Part shown: piece by piece, positions 12,885 to 23,049 of the stretch | How positions within the stretch are numbered: the first letter of the stretch is position 1 | How the letters are laid out: each line of letters opens with the position of its first letter | Source: Callorhinchus milii | Taxonomy: Eukaryota | NCBI RefSeq assembly: GCF_018977255.1 | Contig: NW_024704743.1 | Coordinates: 6,636,001-6,700,000, forward strand | Length of the DNA: 64,000 nucleotides | Reading direction: 5' to 3' | Made by a program: the position numbers and the translations under genes | The notes under the pieces: model-generated | The model's input: the letters and a program-made list of their open reading frames with translations, nothing else | The model's database searches: none | Told to the model about the DNA's origin: nothing

Positions 12885-14929
12885 CTTTTCAAAAAAAAAA
12901 TCATTAGATTTGAATATACGTATAAATATGTAACATTAACTCTAACAAATTACAGAACAAATAATCAAAGCAGTTACAGGTTTCACTGTTCACTAAGGTG
13001 ATGCTTAGATCAATTTTTGGCATTCTGAACAGGAACACTTTGATTTCTTGACACATTTCACTTGAGACCTAGCATTTTTGGGTTTTCACTCAAAACTCAC
13101 TCAGGCTACAATTGTAATTTGTTAAGTAAAATTTGCCCCAGACTATTGGTTGTTATACTATAACTTTTTTCAACTTACACAATGAGGTGTAATTTGTGTT
13201 ATACACAAAAGAGGCAGGAAGTGGTTATTTGAGCCTCCTGTAGCAGCCAGAGAGATTAGATTAGAGTTGGTGATTTGTGCTAAAGTCTGAAAAAGTAGGC
13301 TTCTGAACAAAACGGAAAGGTGTAGAAAGATGTTATTTTGTTCTGTGATATTTTCTTACATTGGCAGCTTTGAGATATCACCTACACTTATCTGACCTCT
13401 CAGGTTGAGGATCAAAGCACAATTTCCCATCCATTTTGTGAATACAACAAATTAGGCCCTGGTGCTTCTTTTTAAGATGTTTAATTTTGGAAAACTACTA
13501 CTTTTTAAAAGGAATATAATCAACTATCCAGAAAAAAATGATCATCTTAGATACAATTATCCACACTGATTCTTCAGTCACTTCACCACTATTCCTGACA
13601 CAATTAGAATTTCTCTCTCTGTCATTGCTTCCTGTATGCAATGTAATTGCTCATATTATTTTGACGTCTTGCCCACTTAAGAGCTGTTATCAATATTTCC
13701 CCATGATATTCCCAGTTAGTATTCTTGTGATTGAATTTCCTTCATCATTTCCTGAGCTGGCACACTCCATATTAATAGCAGACATATTGTATAAGGATTC
13801 TGCATTCTACTCCTAAACCTCAGCTATTTTCAAGAAGCTAAACTGTCTCCTTCAGGTACCTCAAGCAATCTAACATCATTTTCTTTTTAGCATTCTTTAT
13901 ATATCTTAAGATTGTGATTCAGTATTACCTTATATGTAAATACCAAACCTTTCAGGACATAAGACTTTATATTCAAACTTGATGCACTGAACAAAAAACT
14001 CCCTTTAGCAGAAAGATCCAAAGAGTGAGTTAAATGTACGAGGAGGACAATTGTATTAGCCATAAAGTAGGGCTGATGGAGTAAAGGGGTATGGCCACAG
14101 TAATTGTAAATTTAGTTGCTTTTGATCATCTTATATACAATTATCCACACTGATTCTTCAGCCGCTTCACCACTATTCAAGTAAGCCAAGGTATAAAATT
14201 CCTTAACATGACTGTAAAGTTTCTGCCAGGTTCAAAGTTATATGTTCCCAGTATAGCCAATGGGAAGCAGGTCTCAGAATTGAAACAAGAGTTTCACCAA
14301 ACACAATATGGTGACTATTGGGCCCTGTGTGTATCTGGAACATATTGACGCTAATTTGAAAGAGAATCGTTATTGCAATCATGTCTGGACAAGGAGATGA
14401 AAAAAGGACTTCCTAAAGAAAGGCAAATTTCAGCCACGAATCCCATGTAGTGTTGGAGGAGAATGTAACGGAACTGAAGAACTCTGGTGGTCTTGGTTAC
14501 AATGTTAGGCCCAAAACCTGACGGTAGCTTGGCAACACAGCAAACTCACCAATGCAGAATGCAATCAGTGCCACCCAGAGGATGTTTTTGGAGCAAAGAA
14601 AATGTTAAAAAAAAACACAAGAGGAATACAAAGATAATGTGCATTTCACATGTATTGGAAGTAAAGTTGGTAGTAAATTTGGCTGCATCATTAAAGGGTC
14701 TTGGTATTTGTTTGTTTCATTATAAGACGTTTCCACGAGGGGCAAAGGCTTCCAAGATATCATTAATGCAGTAAGGAGCATTGGAATAGAGGACGAGTGA
14801 TTATCTCTTCTTCAGTGAAAGATTAATAACAATGCAGCAAGGAGAATGAAGACTGGTGGCAGCAATTGCAAAAAGCAGAAGCTCTCTGAGGCAGATGAGA
14901 TAATTCTCCTCTTATAAATTAGTTGATTA

Positions 14930-16990
14930 CGTGATTGGAGGCCAACAAAGTGGACAAGGTAAAGAAGTGAATGGAAGGTAGCTTGTACATTGATGAAGAC
15001 ACAGTGGCAGCGTGTATATGAAATTGGCTGGGAGACAGAAAACAGAGGGTGGTGGTGAATATTTGTTTTTCATACTGGAGGGAAGTATACAGTAGTGTCT
15101 CCCAAGGGTCAGCATTAGGTCCTCCAGTCTGAAAAACAACTATTCACCACTACCCTCTGTTTTCTGTCTCCCAACTAATTTTGTATCCATGCTGCCACTG
15201 TCCCTTTTATCCCATGGGCTTCAATTTTGCTAACTAGTCTATTATGTGGCACCTTATCAAACACGTTCTGAAAGTTCATATACACTACATCAACTTCACT
15301 ACCCTCATCTTGGTATAAAGAGGAAATTTTCAAGTTTGCAATGACACAATGAGGTGATGCATTTTGGGAGGAAGAATAAGGAGAGGCAATATACAACAAC
15401 AACAACAAAATTACATTTGTATAGCACCTTTTACGATGGGAGGACGTCCCAAGGCACTGGATAGTCAAAGTTTCGGACCCAAGCTGGGCGTCGGAATTGG
15501 GGAGGGTGGAGGGTAGGGGGGAAGCAGGGTGATCGAAAGCATGGACAAAGAGGAGGGTCTTGAGATGGGTCTTGAAGAAGGCAAGGGAGAGGGCGAGGCA
15601 GAGGGATTGCGGGATGGAGTTTCAGAGGGTAGGAGCAGAGTGGCAGAAGGCCGCCCACCGATGGTGGGTGGGAGGGGCAACGCGGAGGACGTGAAGCAGG
15701 CCAGAGCCTGTTGAGCGGAAGGAGCGAGCAGGACGATAGGGGGTTAGGAGGTTGCAGAGGTAGGGGGGAGCAAGCCCATGGAGGGCTTTGAAGGTGATGA
15801 CCAGGATCTTGAACCGTATCCTCTGTGTGATGGGAAACCAGTTGGGTGTGGATGGGGGCAATAGGGTGACGGAGCCTGGTGTGGGAGAGGACACAGGCTG
15901 CAGAATTCTGGATGATCTACAGCCTATGGAGGACTATAAATGGTACAGTTTTAAAGGGAGTTCAAGTGCAGAGAGACCTGGGGGTTCACATGCACAGGTA
16001 TATGATGGCGGCAGGACAGGTTAATAGATCTGTAAAGCATATGGGATCCTTGGCTTTATAAATAGAGGCATAGAGTACAAAAGCAAGGAAGTTCTGCTAA
16101 ATATTTATAAGTCATTTTGAGGGGATTCGACAGGGTGAACAAAGAGAAACCATTTCCACTGGCGGGCGGGTCGGTAACCCAAGGGCACCGATTTAAAATA
16201 GTTGTTAAAAGAAACAGAGGGGAGGTGAGGAGAATTTTTGTTCACACAGCAAGTTGTTCGGATCTGGAATGCATTGCCTGAAAGGGTGATGGAAGCCGAT
16301 TCAATAACAGCTTTTAAGAGAGAAGTAATAATAATAATAAACGTTGCATTTGATATAGCGCTTTTCATGTCTTCTAGACATCTCAAAGCACTTCACAGAA
16401 TATGTTGTAAAGTGAATTGACCGTCCCTCAACCTCTGGAATTCCATCCCCGAGTCACTCCACCTCGCTCCCTCCTTAGCCTCCTTCAAATCCCGCTTCAA
16501 GACCGTCCTCTTCGACCATGCCATCAGCCACCCCCCTTCCACTCCCCTCCCTTACCCCCCCCAACCCCAGCTCAGGTCTGAAATGCTGTACTCTGTCCAG
16601 CGCCTTGGGACGTCCTCCCGACATGAAAGGTGCTATACAAATGTAATCTTGTTGTTGTTGTATATTTGTGGGCGAAACGCGGCAGCAAATTACGCACAGT
16701 AGTGTGCCACAAACAGTCGTGAATTGAAAATTACCAATTTATTGCTGTTTTGGAGGAATTATTATGTAAGGAGGCACATGGTCAAGATGCCTGCCTTGAC
16801 GTTACTTCCTGCCCAGGAAATGAAGTTAAGAACAACAAGTTAAGTAGATAATTATTTGGGGAGGACACGTTTGCAGGGCTATGGGGACAGAGCGGGGGAG
16901 TGGGGTTGAATTCGATAGCTCTTTTCAAACAGCCGGCACAGACACGATGGGCTGAGTGGCCTCCTTCTGTGCTGTATAATTCTATGATTC
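14930..16990 (+). mobile_element. CR1 LINE with internal inverted duplication and nested L2 (15394-15932 -), SINE (16325-16765 -) and L2 (16423-16660 +)
   Basis: CR1 RT motifs (VVYMNFQNVFDKVPH, ERDLGV-like, WNALPE) and an ATTCTATG tail, interrupted at the stated points. Confidence 0.85.
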
Positions 16991-17374
16991 TGGAGTCAAA
17001 GACAGAGGGAATAGCAGAGAGAGAGAGAGACAGAGAGAAGGGCTTCAGAATTTGGTAGTACAGTGAACGTAATACACCTGATGGAAGATTGTATTGGTTA
17101 AAACCGTAATCAATTTGTATTTCGCGTCGTGACCAATTATCCACACTTTTTCCTTGTACACAATGGAGCCAGTCCCAATTAGTGTGAGTGTTAGGCTCTT
17201 GGTTTTCATTACCTGTCTATTAATTTTCCATTTTATTTAGCTTACCAGCAAGTCAGATTTGTTACGTTTTCTCCAAATTGCATTTATTTGAAAAAGAAAA
17301 CAGTTCATAAGATAGTAAATATTATTGAATTGTTGCAATATTCCAATATTAACATTCCAATATAGGTCACTTAC

Positions 17375-17556
17375 GGATGTTGAAAGGCATCTGATTTCTT
17401 GCTCTGAGCTAGCTGTCCTATTTGGGGGATTGATTCTCTTGAAGTGTAAGCTTTTTTTNCCTGCTGATCAATTAATCTTTCAGGGTAGTCACCATTCAAA
17501 TTGATAATTTGTGAGCTCTTGTGATTAATTGGAGTTTCCTTCTGAAATGGAAAATT
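17375..17556 (-). CDS. ODAD2: ODAD2 coding exon 7 (divergent linker)
   Basis: ctcttttag acceptor, gtaagt donor, 182 nt open frame NFPFQKETPINHKSSQ...SKKSDAFQHP. Phase 0 to 2 fits both neighbours. Little recognisable protein similarity; contains an N at 17459. Confidence 0.75.
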
Positions 17557-19199
17557 CTAAAAGAGAAATTTAAAATAAATATTCCATTAAAATTAAATCA
17601 GAATCTATTGAAACTAGCACATTTTCTTTACAAAATCAAGTAAATTCTTACACCATCAATACATTTTTCACTTAATTTTGTGCTTCAAAAGTTCAACACA
17701 AGGCTATGGGTAAGAGTGGGCAAATGGGACTAGTTGGACAACTCTGTCAAAGAACCAGCACAAGCACAATGGGCCGATTGGCCACCTTCTGCTCTGTAAG
17801 ATTCTATGATTCAATTAGAGAGAGCATTTTATGAAAAATTCATGACCGGGCTCATCTTCTTCCTGATTTGGGGGGGTCATCAATAACCATTACTTCTTTC
17901 TCATGTTCATGTAGCACATTCTTGAAGTACGTCTTTTGTATTTTCTTCTTGCACAATGTAAAAGTCTGAAATTAGTATTGACCTGTTAGCTTCAGAAGTT
18001 CTCTGTGAGCTTACGAAAAAATGTTTACTTTGGGTCAGCTATGAAATGGTCAAGTGCATTTGGTGAAAGACACTCAAAATTGTCCTGTCAGCATAACATT
18101 TGACAATCAGCTGTTTGTAGCACTTTGCAAAAAGACTAATAAAATATTGGAGTAGGCACAATGCAGACTAGATTGCTCCTATGTTCCAATAATATTTAGC
18201 AATTAAAAGGACAATGATCACAGAAAGCCTTTTTTAAAGAGAGCATTTAGTTTTAAACTCCATTTTAATGAATGTTAAGGAGAGGTTTACCTAGGATGGA
18301 ATTTCTAATCTAGACTCTCCCTTCCCATTGCTAGAATATGATTCCAGTATTGGCTGGCATGTGTGTTTTTCTTATATAAAGACTGCTTTTCTACTTTGCG
18401 TGTGACAAAGGGGCAGAGGGAGAGCACAGTCATATAACCACTGGTTTTGATTATCAATCTGTGATTAGTCGATTGGCAGATCACTTTTCTGGGGGTAATA
18501 ATCCCTTCAAAAAGTAAATAAATAAATAATAATTTAGTTACTCAAATCACAACTATTTGTGAGACACTGCTGTGCGCAATTAGCTGATGAGCTTTGCCCA
18601 CAAAATAAACAGTCAATTCACTTAACAGTATATCCTGTGAAGCACTTTGAGACATCTCAAAGACGGGATAAGACACTATATCAAATGCAAGGATTATTAT
18701 TATTATTATAATTCTGCTTGAACCCCTATCAACTGAAACCCCACCAGGTGGAGGTAGTCACTGAATGTCTTGCTGATGATCAGAACAACTGCAATGAGAT
18801 TATTTGATCTGAACAAATTGCTTACATTGAAAACTTATGCTGAATTGGTAATAAGATTCCCACTCTGATACGTCATAAAACAGTAGGCCTGGTCACTGGA
18901 AAGGATATGGGATAAAGGATAGAATACATGGCGCTTGAAGCACATTTTAAACTTGTAAGGGATTTAACCAAGCAATTTGAAGTTAGATGCATCTCAAGAT
19001 GGTTGCTGAAAACTCAAATAAAAAATTTACAAGTTAAACTTGTGTAATTCAGACAAACATTGTTGACATTTCTTTTTATATTACAAAAAATGGCAATTAT
19101 TTTTGTCCTACAATAAGATAACACAACAAAATTACTACCAATAAAATGAACAATCAAAATTGAGGTTAATGCTTGGAAGGATCACATAATAAAAATAAT

Positions 19200-19645
19200 A
19201 ATCATTGATAAAGCACCACATCTCATCATCAAACCATCTCAAAGTGCTTCATAGGATATAGTGTAAATGGATTGACTAATTCGTGGGCAAAGTGAGGCAG
19301 CCAGTTTGTGCACAGCAGTTTGCATGGAGGCATGAGGTGAGTGACCAATTTTTTATTTGGGGGGATTTGTTGGCCAGGACACTGGGAGAAACTCCCTTCT
19401 CTTTTTAAATATAGCCATCAAATCTTTAACAGATCTTTATCTAAACAGGCAGATGGTACTCCGGTTTAACATCTCATCCCAAGGATGGCACCTCCAACAA
19501 TGCAACATTCCCCCAGCACTGTATTGGTGTGTCATCTTAGACTATGTGATTCTAAGTCTTGACGTGGAGCTTGAACCCACAATCTTCTGACTCAGAGGCG
19601 AGAGTGCTACCACTGCACCCAGCTGACACTGCACCAGGCTGACAC
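19200..19645 (-). mobile_element. Old full-length DeuSINE
   Basis: tRNA head (CTTGAACCCACAATCTTCTGACTCAGAGG on plus), Deu domain and tail. Related pieces at about 11980-12210, 43170-43430, 43520-43800 and 52265-52550. Confidence 0.8.
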
Positions 19646-21269
19646 AAGGGATATATAATTATATATCAAAACATTTCCTAGCATGGGTGATAGCAAATGC
19701 TGTGCATAGTCAGGTCAAATTTGATGGATTTCATAATACATTTCTCATGATACTTCACTCCCCTTCCTTCAAATGTCCATCTCTTTATCTTCTCAGTATT
19801 GTGGAACCATCTTGGATTTTCATACAGTGAGGTCTTGACCCATTTGTTATCCGCAAGACAGAATTTGAGTCCAGCAGAAGAGGAAACTGACAATTCAGTT
19901 GTTTTCCTCTTCTGCTGAACTCAAATGGCATTTTTAAGCACAGGGATTCTCTCAACCAACAGAGAGGCTGAAGTGAAGTGGTCTTTCTCCATCCACATAA
20001 CAAGGACAAGATTGAGAGTTTTGAAGAGCAAATGAGAATATTTCTCGTCTTTCACATCTCAAGTTCACATCTTGAGCCCAAACCAATAAACAAATTGGAA
20101 ATGAGCACTTTTACAAAATGTAATTCTCTATAAAATTCAACCCAGTGATATTGCACAGGAATTTAAGGAATACAGTCAACATATATGTTAGCTTCTGCAA
20201 AACCCTTCAAATAAGCACGAGCTGAAGGATCGTACTTACATTATTATGCTGCCCTGGGGCAATATTGTGCCCTCCACAAGTGTCAATGCAATATGCAACT
20301 TAAACCCGGCTGAAACAATAGACTACTCTGGTCTTACTATCTGTGAACAAAACTGTTGCTCTTCATTATGATGTAATAATCAATTGAGATACGTGTATAT
20401 AAACGTACAAGACAATGACACATACATTATGCATCAGCGCACAATAATATACAGTCAATTCATTTTACAGTATATTTTGTGAAGCGCTTTCAGATGCCTC
20501 AAAGATGTGATAAGGCACTATGTCAAATATAAGGATTATTATGATTAGGTCCGCAAATCCTAATAATAATTATAATCCTTGAATCTGATATGGAACACGT
20601 TGTCGAGACGTCCCAATGTGCTTCACAGGATATACTGTAAAGTGGTGTGACTGGATATTTTACACCTTATTATTCTTTTGTGATTGTGTATTACTTGCCA
20701 TTGAGGGACATTCTCTAAAGTAATGAGAATACCAATCTTCTCTCCTGCCCCTTGATTCTGTTGCTGTGCTTAACTAACCGAAGCAACCCCTTGAACACTG
20801 CTTAATGCTAATACTCCTGCTGCCCCATTCGTCATTATGATTGGCTTCTTTATAGTGTTTATTATCATCTTTAGATATCCTTTTAGGAATAATGCTTGCA
20901 TCTGACAGTATCCGCCCAAAAAATCAGCATTTTTCCACTTACACTCTCTATACATTATGGAATTTCAGACTGCAACGACATTCTTAAAACTTTTTTTTTA
21001 ATTTAGCACAAATGCGCCATGCCATAGTCTGCAAAGGTGTGTGACACAATGAGACACAGACAGGTAAGAGCCATATGAAAATTATTGGGTCCTGTTGCAA
21101 GGCAATTTGTAAAAAATTGCTTGCACAAAGAGGACACATTTTTGAATTTCTTTCTGTTTTACTAACTGAGCCACAGTTTAAGATGCAGTCCATCAACTCC
21201 ATTTAAGTAATATCTGAACAGCTTTTTGTAAGGCAAACTAGATGCTGGGTTGTAATTAAAAAAACAATG

Positions 21270-21830
21270 TTGAGCTGAAATAGGGGGGTAATCATGTCAC
21301 TTTGTAAATCATTGGAGAGACCGTACTTGAAATACTGTGTGCAGTTCTGGTCGCTGATGTACAGAAAGGATATTGCAGTGATGGAGAGAATACAGAAGAG
21401 GGCAACCAGAATTATTGAGAGGATGGTGGGATTGGATTACGAGGAGCGATTAAGTAAACTGGGGTTATTCACGCTGGGAAAGGGAAGGTTGAGATGATAG
21501 GGTTTTTTAGGATTGGACTGGGACTGGATAATGTAAGGCCATGATATGGTCTGCGATTGAAGGGACGTAAATTCAAAACGAATTCTGCGGAAACACTATT
21601 TCAGTGAGCGAGAAAGAAATATATGGAACAGGCTTCCTAGGTAGACGGTGGAAGCAGAAAGTATTGATTCTTTCAAAAGCAAATTAGATAAGATTTCTTT
21701 TAAGCAATAATATCTTGAGATATATAGTTTGGGACATGACATGTGCATATGACTGCCAGGGTGGTGGAAGACGAACTTGATGGACTTTGGTCTACTTTTG
21801 TCTAACCAATTCTTATGTTCTTATGTTTTG
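21270..21830 (+). mobile_element. CR1 LINE 3' fragment
   Basis: SLERPYLKYCVQFWS...RIQKRATR...YEERLSKLGLF, plus a TTCTTATG tail. Confidence 0.9.
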
Positions 21831-22555
21831 CAGAGGTGAGCAATGATATGATTAAGATGTCCTAATTTGGAAAGTTAACCAAAACAATGGGTTAATTTTA
21901 TATGCAAAATTCATGTGGTTTTACTGCCTTTTTTTGATATACAGCACCTGCAGTCAGCCCACTGAAATATGCACAGATATCCATGTGTTTAGGTGGTTTC
22001 TTTCTTTATCAGAAAGTCTGCATTAGCTGTCAGAGCAAGCCTTTCTTTCAATCCCATTTGCCCTGCCCCATCGCCATACCCTTCAAGTCTCTAACCTCCA
22101 TCTACATGTCTACTTCCCTCTTGAAACCCACAATTGGCTCGGCTTTACTACCTTATTTGGCAGGGTATTCCACATCCCAACAACACCTTTTTAAGGGAAT
22201 AGAATCCCCAATGACTGTTATACTGACTGCTCTTACTTGCATGTGAACATAGTTCACCAAGCCAATACTCTGGGAAATACATCAATCGCATAATAGTGTT
22301 GCTATGCGGTCAGGTAGTTGGCTACACCTCAAGAAATAAACTTCCACAACGGTGTATACACTGTCTGCATAGGGACAAGGTTTCTGCTAATATCAACAAA
22401 AGTATCTCCTGATAAAACTCAAGCTAACCCATTGCCATTTGTTGATGGTTAACAAGCCTGCCTTATTTTTCAGTGAAATGTAGAGATGCAGACTTGTTTT
22501 CACTCCAGCAAACCAATGGTCTAACAGGTAAAGCAATCCTAGATACCTACATACC

Positions 22556-22879
22556 GTGGAGTCCTGTAGCTCAGTGGTTAGAGCACTCGCTTTGCAAGCG
22601 AGAGACCTGAGTTCAATTCCAGGCAGAGGGCGAAACCTTGGGCAAGTTTCCTTACTCCACACAGAGCCTAATAATAATCCCTCCAAAAAAAANTCAATAA
22701 TAAATTGGTCATTTTCAATCTACGACTGTTTGTGGGACATTGCTGTGCGCAATTGGCTGCTGCGTTCGCCCACAAATATACAGTCAATTCACTTTACAGT
22801 GAGTTCTGTGAAGCGCTTTGGGACGTCCTCCCGACGTGAAAAGCGCTATATCAAATGCAAGGATCATTATTATTATTAT
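22556..22879 (+). mobile_element. Full-length young tRNA-Ala-derived DeuSINE (short subfamily)
   Basis: A-box TAGCTCAGTGG, anticodon arm CTCGC-TTTGCAA-GCGAG, B-box GTTCAATTCC, Deu-like GTGGGACATTGCTGTGCGCAATTGGCTG, L2-like tail and (ATT)n. Confidence 0.92.
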
Positions 22880-23049
22880 ACAATGATAATTATTACTTCT
22901 TACAAATAGCGTGTATGGCTACCATTATCCGTACTGGGAATACATTGATTATATTCTTGATTTTAATGAATATGCTACATCTGTCAATTTGGGGGAAAAT
23001 TTAGGGAATAAATTTGAATTATAGGATGTAGTCCTTACGAGAAGTGCTC

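Noticed and set aside
13557..13565. TTATCCACA DnaA-box matches (also near 14141 and 17137)
   Set aside because: This is vertebrate intronic DNA; two matches come from a local duplication and the third is compatible with chance.
14400..14600. Possible Harbinger Myb/SANT remnant (KANFSHESHVVLEENV...AWQ)
   Set aside because: Resemblance is too weak, with stops and frameshifts and no terminal inverted repeats found.
17835..17965. Possible extra ODAD2 exon after tttcag
   Set aside because: The phase-0 frame reaches a stop, there is no good donor, and the exon chain is already in phase without it.
22556..22635. tRNA-Ala(TGC) gene
   Set aside because: The anticodon arm and A/B boxes are present, but there is no acceptor-stem pairing and it runs into a SINE body; it is a SINE head.
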